Of a DNA stretch of 64,000 nt, positions 23,513 to 32,003 are shown piece by piece. The notes under the pieces are model-generated. The model searched no databases. It was not told the DNA's origin and was given only the letters and a program-made list of their open reading frames with translations. The position numbers were made by a program, and so were the translations under genes. The stretch lies in contig PFRZ01000009.1 in the NCBI GenBank assembly GCA_002788805.1, forward strand, positions 1,464-65,463, written 5' to 3'. The DNA is from Candidatus Roizmanbacteria bacterium CG_4_9_14_0_2_um_filter_35_15 (GTDB lineage Bacteria; Patescibacteriota; Microgenomatia; UBA1406; GWC2-37-13). How positions within the stretch are numbered: the first letter of the stretch is position 1; every line of letters starts with the position of its first letter.

Positions 23513-23879
23513 TAAAACAGCTCAAAGACAAGTAGAAAAAGGACGAATTTATATCACTGCCACTTTCAACAATACCTTAGTGACAGTGACTGATGAAAAA
23601 GGTAACCCACTGGTTTTTGGCGGTTGCGGTATGTATGGTTTTTCTGGCACGAGAAAGTCTACTCCTTACGCGGCCACCGTCACCTGTGAAGCTACTTTGA
23701 AAAAAGCTCAAGAACAATTTGGACTGTTGGCGGCCGATGTTTTTATCAAAGGGATTGGTCCTGGTCGAGAAGCAGCTTTACGGGTAATCAAGGGATTACA
23801 GATGGAAATTAACCGCATTATTGACATTACTCCGGTTCCTCATAATGGAGTGAGACCACCAAAAGTGAGGAGGGTTTAA
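23505..23879 (+). CDS. rpsK: 30S ribosomal protein S11
   Basis: GRIYITATFNNTLVTVTDEKGN, TPVPHNGVRPPKVRRV. Confidence 0.95.
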   Translation: MVNKTAQRQVEKGRIYITATFNNTLVTVTDEKGNPLVFGGCGMYGFSGTRKSTPYAATVTCEATLKKAQEQFGLLAADVFIKGIGPGREAALRVIKGLQMEINRIIDITPVPHNGVRPPKVRRV

Positions 23880-23885
23880 CATTAT

Positions 23886-24506
23886 ATGAGATACACTGGC
23901 CCAAGAAACAAAATTTCTAGAAGAGAAGGCGTCGATCTAGGGTTAAAAACGATTGGTTCTAAATCGCATGCGCGACTATTAAAAAAACTTAATATTCCGC
24001 CGGGCGAGCACGGGGGAAGAGGAAAAAGAAAAATTTCCGAGAGAGGAGTACAACTTCGAGAAAAACAAAAACTAAGATTCATTTTTGGCCTAACCGAAAA
24101 ACAACTAAAAAAATACTTTAAAATAGCCAGTCAAAAAAAAGGAAACACTGCCTTGTATCTTTCCCAGTTTTTAGAACAAAGATTGGATAATCTTGTCTAT
24201 CGGTTAGGTTTTTCGCCAACTCGTTTATCAGCCAGACAGTTAGTTTCACACGGCCACATTAAGGTTAATAATAAAAGAATAACGATCCCTTCATACCAGG
24301 TAAAAGTTGCTGAAGAAATTGGTTTTCTTTCTAATAAGTCGTTGAAAATTCCCTATATTGAAAAATCACTGGCCAATAAAGATTTCATTTTACCGTTATG
24401 GTTGGAAAAAAAAGGTGCTTTTGGTAAATTAATTAGTATTCCAACTAGCGAAGAAATTAGCAAGCAGATAAATTTGAGATTAGTCATTGAGTATTATTCT
24501 CGATAA
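23886..24506 (+). CDS. rpsD: 30S ribosomal protein S4
   Basis: MRYTGPRNKISRREG, LDNLVYRLGF..ARQLVSHGHI. Confidence 0.95.
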   Translation: MRYTGPRNKISRREGVDLGLKTIGSKSHARLLKKLNIPPGEHGGRGKRKISERGVQLREKQKLRFIFGLTEKQLKKYFKIASQKKGNTALYLSQFLEQRLDNLVYRLGFSPTRLSARQLVSHGHIKVNNKRITIPSYQVKVAEEIGFLSNKSLKIPYIEKSLANKDFILPLWLEKKGAFGKLISIPTSEEISKQINLRLVIEYYSR

Positions 24507-24531
24507 TTAATAGTTTTTATTTTTATTTCAT

Positions 24532-25455
24532 ATGCTTAATCCTAGTTTTTACACCAAAAAAACCGAGGAAGGTAATTATGGCAAATTTGTTTTAGAGCCA
24601 CTTCCTTTAGGTTTTGGTCACAGTCTTGGTCACGCCTTAAGAAGAACAATTCTCTCTTCATTAAAGGGATCAGCCATTACTAATATTAAGATTGATGGCG
24701 CTTCTCACCTTTTTAGCACTCTCCCTGGGATTAAAGAATCGGTTTTAGATATCGTTTTGAATTTAAAACAGTTACGATTCGATGTCAAAGAAGGAGGCCC
24801 TTACAAGTTAAAATTAGATTTAAAGGGAGAGAGAAAAGTCTATGGAAAGGAAGTTGAGGGTGAGATCAAGCCGGTTAATAAAGATCTTTATCTAGCAGAA
24901 ATTACTGAGGCAAAAGCCAGATTGAATGTCGAAGCCTTGGTAGAGGTCGGAGTGGGTTATTCGTCAGTTGAAGAAAGAGAAAAAAAAGAATATGGTTTTA
25001 TCCCAGTTGACGCTTTTTTTTCACCGATAAAAAAAATCAATATGAAGATTGAGGAAACGCGCGTGGGAAGAAAAGCTAATTATGACAAGTTAATCATTGA
25101 AATCTGGACTGACGGAACAATCACACCTTCCCAAGCGTTAAAAGAGGCTTCAAGACTTCTCTCTGACTATTTTGTTTATATTCTATCAGGTAAGGACACT
25201 CCCCAAGTTAAAGTGGAGTTAACACCAGAAGAAGAGAAACAAGGATTAATTGACAAAAAACTGTATGAAGTAATTATTGATGAGTTAAATCTTCCCTCGC
25301 GAGTAATAAATGCTTTACTTCGAGAAAAGATAGAGACGGTAGCTGATTTAGTCAAAGCAGGAAAAGAAAGATTGGTCCAGATGAAAGGGGTCGGCAAAAA
25401 ATCTATTCAACTGATAGATGAAGAATTAAAAAAAATGGGAGTAACAGTTGACTGA
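24532..25455 (+). CDS. rpoA: DNA-directed RNA polymerase alpha subunit
   Basis: GKFVLEPLPLGFGHSLGHALRRTILSSL; C-terminal LNLPSRVINAL. Confidence 0.93.
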   Translation: MLNPSFYTKKTEEGNYGKFVLEPLPLGFGHSLGHALRRTILSSLKGSAITNIKIDGASHLFSTLPGIKESVLDIVLNLKQLRFDVKEGGPYKLKLDLKGERKVYGKEVEGEIKPVNKDLYLAEITEAKARLNVEALVEVGVGYSSVEEREKKEYGFIPVDAFFSPIKKINMKIEETRVGRKANYDKLIIEIWTDGTITPSQALKEASRLLSDYFVYILSGKDTPQVKVELTPEEEKQGLIDKKLYEVIIDELNLPSRVINALLREKIETVADLVKAGKERLVQMKGVGKKSIQLIDEELKKMGVTVD

Positions 25456-25466
25456 ATATTTTTAAT

Positions 25467-25886
25467 ATGAGACATGGTTATTCAAAAATAAAGTTCAAAA
25501 ATGGCCAAGATGCCAATCAGATGTTATTAAGAAAGTTAGCAACTAATTTTTTAATGGTGGGAAAATTAAAAACAACCCTGAAAAAAACCAAGGTATTAAA
25601 GACATTATTAGAAAAGTTAATAGAAAAGATGAAGGTGAAGAATGAAGCCAACAAAAACTATCTCTTAAAAGCTCTTGGCGACAGGAAATTAGTCGAGAGA
25701 AGTTTTTCTGATTTTGGGGCGAGTTTTGTCAAGATTAACGGTGGATATGTAAAGATCATTAAAACTGGCGTAAGAAATTCTGACGGATGCGAGACGGCTT
25801 TAATCCAATGGGCTTATCCAATTATTAATAAAGAAGTTGCTATTAAAGATCAATCGTCAGTTAAGAAAAAAATAAATAAAATATGA
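25467..25886 (+). CDS. rplQ: 50S ribosomal protein L17
   Basis: MRHGYSKIKF.., position after rpoA, GGYVKIIK. Confidence 0.85.
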   Translation: MRHGYSKIKFKNGQDANQMLLRKLATNFLMVGKLKTTLKKTKVLKTLLEKLIEKMKVKNEANKNYLLKALGDRKLVERSFSDFGASFVKINGGYVKIIKTGVRNSDGCETALIQWAYPIINKEVAIKDQSSVKKKINKI

Positions 25887-26317
25887 CAGGATTAACTTTA
25901 TCAACAAAACCGATAAGAGAAAGAAATATTAAGAGACAGTGGCACTTAATTGATGTTTCAGGAAAGATTTTAGGAAGAATTACGCCGCAGATTGCCAGAT
26001 TATTACAAGGTAAACATAAATCTAATTATTCTTCTTCTCTTGATGTGGGGGATTATGTCGTTGTTGTTAATGCCGGCAAGGTGATTGTTTCTGGAAAGAA
26101 GAAGAAAACAAAGATTTACACCTATTATTCTGGTTATCCTGGTGGATTAAGAAAAGAGTATTTTAGTAAGTTGATTGAACAAAATCCAGGGAAGATTGTT
26201 AAGAATGCTGTCTCGGGCATGTTGCCGAAAAATAAATTAAGAGATATGAGATTAAAACGATTATATATTTTTGCTGATGATAATCATCCTTATAAAGAAA
26301 AGTTTATAAAGTTATAA
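25883..26317 (+). CDS. rplM: 50S ribosomal protein L13
   Basis: RQWHLIDVSGKILGRI, YYSGYPGGL, VSGMLPKNKL. Confidence 0.93.
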   Translation: MTGLTLSTKPIRERNIKRQWHLIDVSGKILGRITPQIARLLQGKHKSNYSSSLDVGDYVVVVNAGKVIVSGKKKKTKIYTYYSGYPGGLRKEYFSKLIEQNPGKIVKNAVSGMLPKNKLRDMRLKRLYIFADDNHPYKEKFIKL

Positions 26318-26338
26318 AGTTCATAAAGTTCATAAAGT
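26290..26338 (+). repeat. Family A array spanning the rplM 3' end and stop and reaching the rpsI ATG
   Basis: ttataaagaaaagtttataaagttataaagttcataaagttcataaagtATG. Confidence 0.85.
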
Positions 26339-26794
26339 ATGGCGAAAAAAGAAAAAAATTTAAAGTATTATGAGGCGGTCGGCCGAAGAAAAAAAGCCGT
26401 CGCCCGAATAAGATTATACCTTGTTGGTAAAGATAAGATCGCTTCTGTCAATAACCACAAAATAAAAGCGGGCGAGATATTAATTAATAATCATCCTTTA
26501 GAAAAAATAATCAATACCACCTACGAAAGAACATTTTTTTTATCACCTTTAGTTTTGACTAATAATACAGAGAGATTTGCTATTTCCATTCTTGTTCAAG
26601 GTGGCGGTTATCAGGGTCAACTAGAGGCAATGGTCCATGGTTTAGCTAGAGCGCTTGAGTTAGTTGATAAAGAAACCTATCGATCAATCTTAAAAAAACA
26701 AGGCCTATTAACAAGAGACGCGAGAAAAAGAGAAAGAAGAAAGGTGGGAACGGGAGGCAAAGCAAGAAGAAAAAAACAGTCACCAAAGAGATAA
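26339..26794 (+). CDS. rpsI: 30S ribosomal protein S9
   Basis: GRRKKAVARIRL, GGGYQGQLEA, LTRDARKRERRKVG..KARRKKQSPKR. Confidence 0.93.
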   Translation: MAKKEKNLKYYEAVGRRKKAVARIRLYLVGKDKIASVNNHKIKAGEILINNHPLEKIINTTYERTFFLSPLVLTNNTERFAISILVQGGGYQGQLEAMVHGLARALELVDKETYRSILKKQGLLTRDARKRERRKVGTGGKARRKKQSPKR

Positions 26795-26812
26795 TTAATC
26801 ATATGTTTATCT

Positions 26813-27697
26813 ATGAAATTTTTGTCAATTATTATTGTTTCTTTCAACACGAGGCTAATCACTTTAAAATGCCTTCGTCATCTAAAAAATAACTTTAAAA
26901 AATATCCACTAGATTATGAAATCATTATAGTTGACAATGGTTCTATTGATGGGAGCATCCAGATGCTTAAGGAAGAACAAAAAAATTGGACAAATCTACA
27001 ACTAATTCTTTCCAAAAAAAACCTCGGTTATGGTAAAGCCAATAATCTTGGTGTTCAGAAAAGCAAAGGACAGTATGTCTTATACTTAAATTCTGACGCA
27101 ATCATAAACGATATCGATTTCCGCGATTTAGTCAATATTTTTGAAGCCCAGCCACAGATAGGCGCTCTGACAGTAAAAGTAGTCCTTAAAAATGGAGAAA
27201 TTGATCCAGCCTCTCATCGGGGTTTTCCGACTTTATGGTGGTCTTTTTGCTATTTTATTGGTTTAGAGAAGTTATTTTATCGAACTTTTCTATTAAACAA
27301 ACTTTTTGGGGGTTACCATTTAACTAATAGAAATCTTTCAACTGTCCACGAGATTGATGCCGGAACCGGTGCTTTTTTTCTGACGAAAAAAGAGATTATT
27401 GACCGCATTGGTGGTTTTGACAAGGATTATTTTGCCTATGGAGAAGATATCGAAATGGCTTATCGGATAAAAGAACTCGGCTATAAAATCCTTTATTATC
27501 CGCTTTGGCAGGTGCTACATCTTAAATACTCCTCTGGCTTAAAGAAAAATGATAAAAAAACCAGAGAGATGACAAGATTTCATTTTTACCAGGCAATGAA
27601 GATTTTTTATACTAAACACTACGCTAAAAAAAATTTTTGGTTGGTTAATCAATTAGTTTATCTGGCGATTGATTTAAAAAGTAATTTAAGATTCTAA
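26813..27697 (+). CDS. Family-2 glycosyltransferase
   Basis: LSIIIVSFNT, IIVDNGSIDGS, YLNSDA, GAFFL..., EDIEMAYR. Confidence 0.8.
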   Translation: MKFLSIIIVSFNTRLITLKCLRHLKNNFKKYPLDYEIIIVDNGSIDGSIQMLKEEQKNWTNLQLILSKKNLGYGKANNLGVQKSKGQYVLYLNSDAIINDIDFRDLVNIFEAQPQIGALTVKVVLKNGEIDPASHRGFPTLWWSFCYFIGLEKLFYRTFLLNKLFGGYHLTNRNLSTVHEIDAGTGAFFLTKKEIIDRIGGFDKDYFAYGEDIEMAYRIKELGYKILYYPLWQVLHLKYSSGLKKNDKKTREMTRFHFYQAMKIFYTKHYAKKNFWLVNQLVYLAIDLKSNLRF

Positions 27698-27758
27698 TCT
27701 ACTAATTTATGCTAATCAACGAATATTGGTTGATTAGAATTCATTCGTAGATTGGTAT
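27689..27758 (-). repeat. 70-nt dispersed repeat, family C, copy 2 (inverted relative to 10436-10505)
   Basis: The reverse complement aligns to copy 1 with about 6 mismatches by hand alignment. It supplies the last residues and the stop codon of the GT2 gene. Confidence 0.85.
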
Positions 27759-27774
27759 TATTTATTGGTTATTT

Positions 27775-28869
27775 ATGAAAAAAATCGGCATTGATGCAAG
27801 GCTTTATTCACAAACAGGAGTAGGGACATATCTTCAAAATCTGTTATTTTTTCTTGATAAAAAAAATCCTAAAGATAAGATTTATTATATTTATCTTCGA
27901 GAAAAAGATGCTTCTAATCTTAGATTTAAGAGCAAAAATCTTATTAAAAGAATAGCTGATTACCAATGGCATAGTTTTTCGGAACAGATAAGCTTTTATC
28001 GTTTGCTGATTAAAGATAATCTAGATCTGATGCACTTCACTTATTTTAGCTATCCGGTTTTATATCGAAGAAAATTTATTATTACTATTCATGATCTAAC
28101 ACCTTTGCTTTTTAAAACCGGCAAAGCATCAACAAAAAATCCATTAATCTACAAATTGAAATATTTATTCTTTAAAAAAGTGTTGTCGTCACAGATAAAA
28201 AATTCTTCAGCCATTATTACTCCTTCAAAAAGTATTAAGAAACAGATAGTTAAATATTATGGAGGAAAATATCAAAAAAAAATCTTCCCGATTTATGAGG
28301 GAGTTAATCACCAGTTATTTAGAGCAAAAGAAAATCAAGAGTTAAAAAAGAAATTTAGCAAACTTTTTTTCATCTATGTAGGTAATTTTTATCCGCATAA
28401 AAATGTCGAAAGATTAATTAAATCGTTCTCCAAGATCGGAGAAGATATTCAGTTAATCCTTCTTGGTCCAAATGACTATTTTCAATCAAAGATTGTACAG
28501 TTGATTAATCAACTGTACATGAAAGACAAAGTTGTCTTCTATAATAATCCTACTTACGCTGATTTAATCTTTTTTTATAGAAATACGCAAGCATTAATTC
28601 ATCCGTCAATGTCAGAAGGGTTTGGTCTGCCTTTGATTGAGGCGGCTTATTTCAACTGTTCGGTTATTGCCTCTGATATTCCTGTTTTCAAAGAAATTTT
28701 AGGCAATAGCTATTTGTCATTTGATCCTTATTCAGTTGATGACATAACAAAAAAGATAGAGTATTTTCTTGAGAAAAAACCAAAATACGATTATAAAGAC
28801 ATTGTTAATAAATACTCTTTCGAGAAAATGGCTAAAGAAACTTTAAAAATTTATGACAAGTTTTTATGA
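27775..28869 (+). CDS. Family-4 (GT-B) glycosyltransferase
   Basis: IHPSMSEGFGLPLIEAAYFNCSVIASD (E-x7-E region). Confidence 0.8.
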   Translation: MKKIGIDARLYSQTGVGTYLQNLLFFLDKKNPKDKIYYIYLREKDASNLRFKSKNLIKRIADYQWHSFSEQISFYRLLIKDNLDLMHFTYFSYPVLYRRKFIITIHDLTPLLFKTGKASTKNPLIYKLKYLFFKKVLSSQIKNSSAIITPSKSIKKQIVKYYGGKYQKKIFPIYEGVNHQLFRAKENQELKKKFSKLFFIYVGNFYPHKNVERLIKSFSKIGEDIQLILLGPNDYFQSKIVQLINQLYMKDKVVFYNNPTYADLIFFYRNTQALIHPSMSEGFGLPLIEAAYFNCSVIASDIPVFKEILGNSYLSFDPYSVDDITKKIEYFLEKKPKYDYKDIVNKYSFEKMAKETLKIYDKFL

Positions 28870-29024
28870 GTAACGATCAAAAACAACTATTAAAATATTT
28901 AGCCCTCGGTGGATTATTAGTATTTATATTTCTTCTTGTTAATTTACAATTCTTAATGGCGATTATCGTTTTAATCGTCGTCCTCGTCTCTTGGATTTTA
29001 TCTAGAAAAGGTGAACAAGTATAA
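28866..29024 (+). CDS. Possible small membrane protein (52 aa)
   Basis: Not in the ORF track. ATGA overlap with the upstream GT4 gene; MSNDQKQLLKYLALGGLLVFIFLLVNLQFLMAIIVLIVVLVSWILSRKGEQV. No homology recognised. Confidence 0.3.
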   Translation: MSNDQKQLLKYLALGGLLVFIFLLVNLQFLMAIIVLIVVLVSWILSRKGEQV

Positions 29025-29032
29025 TAGTTATC

Positions 29033-30193
29033 ATGTTTAAAAAGAAAAAGATTGCCATTGTTTATGACTGGATTGATAAATGGGGCGGGGTAGAGAGGGT
29101 ATTGTTGACTCTTCATGAGATGTTTCCAGAGGCGACTTTTTATACTTCCTATTTTGATTCTGAGAAAGCATCATGGGCCAGAGATTTAAGAATAGAAACT
29201 TCATTTATTCAACGTCTTCCCAAGATAATAAGAGGACGAAGAATTGTCTCCCTCCCTCTTTATCCATATGCTTTTGAGTCTTTTAATTTTAATAAATTTG
29301 ATTTGGTGATTTCGGTTACCTCATCATTTGCGAAGTCAATAATTACTCAACCGAGAACCAAACATATCTGTTATCTTCTAACGCCGACAAGATATCTTTG
29401 GAGTCATCAAAAGGACTACTTTAAAAAGAATATTGTCAATAGTTATTATTTGGAAAAATTAAAGGATTGGGATTTTATTACCGCTCAAAGGCCGGATAAG
29501 ATAATTTCGATTTCGGAAACAGTTAAAAATCGTTGTAATAAATACTATCATCGAAAAAGTGAAGTCATTTATCCGCCGTTTGATATTGAATACTGGAAGA
29601 AAATCTCAAATCTCAAATCTCAAATGTCAAATCTAAATCTTAAATCTAAAAACTATTTTTTGATAGTTTCAAGACTAGAGCCATATAAGAAAATAGATTT
29701 AGCAGTTAAAGTTTTTAATAGGTTAAAAGATAATCTAATTATTGTGGGAGAAGGAAGCGAAGAAAATAATTTAAGAAGAATTTCAGGAAAAAATATTATC
29801 TTTCTTTCAAAATTAACCGATCAGGATTTGGCGTTGTTATATTCGAACGCTGAAGCCCTAATCATGCCTCAAGAAGAAGATTTTGGATTAGTGTCACTTG
29901 AGGCGCAGTTTTTCGGCTGTCCGATGATTTCTTACAAAAAGGGAGGAGCGTTAGAAACTGTAACAGAGGGAAAGACGGGAATTTTTTTTAAGGAGCAATC
30001 AGAAATATCATTGGGGCGGGCGGTTGAAAAATTTAACAGGATTAAGTACAATTTGAAGATAAGTACGGTAAAATTTGGGTTAAAGAATTTAGAGAGATTT
30101 GATAGAGTATTTTTTGAAAAAAAGTTTATTAGTAGTATTGAAAATGTCAAATCACAAATGACAAATAACAAATCAATTTCAAATATCAAATGA
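29033..30193 (+). CDS. Family-4 (GT-B) glycosyltransferase carrying an internal and a C-terminal repeat-encoded segment
   Basis: IMPQEEDFGLVSLEAQFFGCPMISY. Repeat-derived KISNLKSQMSNLNLKSK and tail VKSQMTNNKSISNIK. Confidence 0.8.
   Translation: MFKKKKIAIVYDWIDKWGGVERVLLTLHEMFPEATFYTSYFDSEKASWARDLRIETSFIQRLPKIIRGRRIVSLPLYPYAFESFNFNKFDLVISVTSSFAKSIITQPRTKHICYLLTPTRYLWSHQKDYFKKNIVNSYYLEKLKDWDFITAQRPDKIISISETVKNRCNKYYHRKSEVIYPPFDIEYWKKISNLKSQMSNLNLKSKNYFLIVSRLEPYKKIDLAVKVFNRLKDNLIIVGEGSEENNLRRISGKNIIFLSKLTDQDLALLYSNAEALIMPQEEDFGLVSLEAQFFGCPMISYKKGGALETVTEGKTGIFFKEQSEISLGRAVEKFNRIKYNLKISTVKFGLKNLERFDRVFFEKKFISSIENVKSQMTNNKSISNIK
29601..29650 (+). repeat. Six tandem AAATCTCA-type octamers in-frame inside the GT4 ORF
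   Basis: aaatctca aatctcaa atctcaaa tgtcaaat ctaaatct taaatcta. Confidence 0.8.
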
Positions 30194-30263
30194 ATAAATG
30201 TTTTAAACATTTGATGTTTATCATTTGTTATTGATTTGAAATTTGAGCTTTGTCATTTGAAAT
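30140..30263. repeat. Family B palindromic 8-nt-period element centred on the GT4 stop codon
   Basis: The left arm is translated. The right arm aaacatttgatgtttatcatttgttattgatttgaaatttgagctttgtcatttgaa matches 15402-15457. Confidence 0.8.
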
Positions 30264-30269
30264 TATTCT

Positions 30270-31355
30270 ATGAAAGCCATAATTTTTGCCGGTGGAACAG
30301 GAACTAGACTTTGGCCTTTGTCCAGAAAAAAATCACCAAAACAATTTGAAAAACTAATCGGTAATAAATCTACATTGCAATTAGCAGTTGAGAGACTTTT
30401 ACCAGACATTAAACACCAAGATATTTATATCTCGTCAAACTATCTTTATAAAGATATTATTAGAGAGCAACTTCCTCAAATTCCTAAAGAAAATTTGATC
30501 CTTGAACCAGAAAAAAAAGATGTTGCTCCGGCAATTGCTTTATCACTAGGAATTATAGGCAAACAATATCCAAATGAACCAATTGCTATCCTTTGGAGCG
30601 ATCATCTAGTTAAAGAAGTTAGCGTTTTTAGAAAAATATTAAAAGTAGCCTCCGAGGAGATTAAAAAAAATCCAAACAAAATTATTTTTATCAGCCATAA
30701 ACCAAGATTTCCTAGTGTTAATTTAGGCTATATTCACTTCGGTAAGAAATTAAGAGTAATTAACGGTGTTTCTTTTTATGAATTCAAAAATATTAAATAT
30801 CGTCCCGATGAAAAAACCGCTAAAAATTTCTTTAATTCCGAAGAATATGCTTGGAATTTAGGCTACTTTGTTACTACACCAAATTTTATCAGACAAACTT
30901 TTAAAAAATCAGCTCGCGAGATATACGATAATACCGAAAACATTTTATCTCATTATGGCAAGAAAAGTTTTTACGGAGTTTTAAAAGCAAATTATGGGAA
31001 AGTTAAAAGTATTAGTTTTGATAATGCTATTTTGGAAAAATTAGCAAAACAAAAAGCAATAATTGTAGTTGAAGACATTGGTTGGAGTGATGTTGGTAGT
31101 TGGGAAGCTTTAAAAGAAGCCTTAGAATCTCATAGTTATGAAAATGTTATTCGGGGAAAAGTTTATTTAGAGCATGTTAGAGATAGTTTAGTTTATAACT
31201 ATGAAGATGGTAAGTTGATAGTCGGAGTTGATCTTGACGAGAATATCATTATTAACACCTCCGATGTTATTCTCATTGCTAAAAAAAGCTCGATGCCAAA
31301 AGTAAAGAACCTAGTTGAAAGTTTTAGTGGGACTAAACACGAAAGACATACATGA
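30270..31355 (+). CDS. Mannose-1-phosphate guanylyltransferase-like nucleotidyltransferase
   Basis: MKAIIFAGGTGTRLWPLSRKKSPKQF; 361 aa with no cupin/PMI domain. Confidence 0.8.
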   Translation: MKAIIFAGGTGTRLWPLSRKKSPKQFEKLIGNKSTLQLAVERLLPDIKHQDIYISSNYLYKDIIREQLPQIPKENLILEPEKKDVAPAIALSLGIIGKQYPNEPIAILWSDHLVKEVSVFRKILKVASEEIKKNPNKIIFISHKPRFPSVNLGYIHFGKKLRVINGVSFYEFKNIKYRPDEKTAKNFFNSEEYAWNLGYFVTTPNFIRQTFKKSAREIYDNTENILSHYGKKSFYGVLKANYGKVKSISFDNAILEKLAKQKAIIVVEDIGWSDVGSWEALKEALESHSYENVIRGKVYLEHVRDSLVYNYEDGKLIVGVDLDENIIINTSDVILIAKKSSMPKVKNLVESFSGTKHERHT

Positions 31356-32002
31356 AAGGAAAGAATTATCAAAATGGTTTGAAAAGAATTATTGACATTT
31401 TTAGCAGCTTAATTCTTCTTATTATTTTTAGCCTCATATCATTACTGACTGCCTTAGTCATCAAGATAGATTCTCCAGGACCAATATTCGCTGATGTTCC
31501 AGAAAGAATTGGTGAAAAAGGAAAAAAATTCAAAATGTACAAGTTTCGCTCGATGATTATTAACGCCCACTATCTTCTAAGAACTGACCCGAGGTTTAAG
31601 AAGCTTTTTAATGAATATAAAAGAAGCAGTTATAAATTGAAAAAAGACCCAAGAATTACCTGCGTTGGAAAATTTATTCGCCGTCATTCTATAGATGAGA
31701 TTCCTCAATTTATTAATGTTTTCAAGGGAGAAATGAGTCTTGTTGGTCCAAGAGCTTATTATCCTGATGAGTTAGATAATCAGTTAAAAGAATATTCTCA
31801 CACAAAAAAATTAGTGACGAAAGTGCTTTCGGTCAAGCCCGGTATCACTGGACTTTGGCAGGTTTCTGGTCGGTCGGAGGTGAACTTTGACAAAAGGATT
31901 GCAATTGATGCCGATTATATAGATAATATATCTTTATGGAATGATTTAAAAATTATTTTTAAGACGCCGTTAGTGATGATCAGTGGGAAAGGAGCCAGTT
32001 AA
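31352..32002 (+). CDS. Polyprenyl-phosphate sugar phosphotransferase (bacterial sugar transferase family)
   Basis: YKFRSM, DEIPQFINVFKGEMSLVGPR, KPGITGLWQVSGRS. Confidence 0.85.
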   Translation: MKGKNYQNGLKRIIDIFSSLILLIIFSLISLLTALVIKIDSPGPIFADVPERIGEKGKKFKMYKFRSMIINAHYLLRTDPRFKKLFNEYKRSSYKLKKDPRITCVGKFIRRHSIDEIPQFINVFKGEMSLVGPRAYYPDELDNQLKEYSHTKKLVTKVLSVKPGITGLWQVSGRSEVNFDKRIAIDADYIDNISLWNDLKIIFKTPLVMISGKGAS

Positions 32003-32003
32003 A

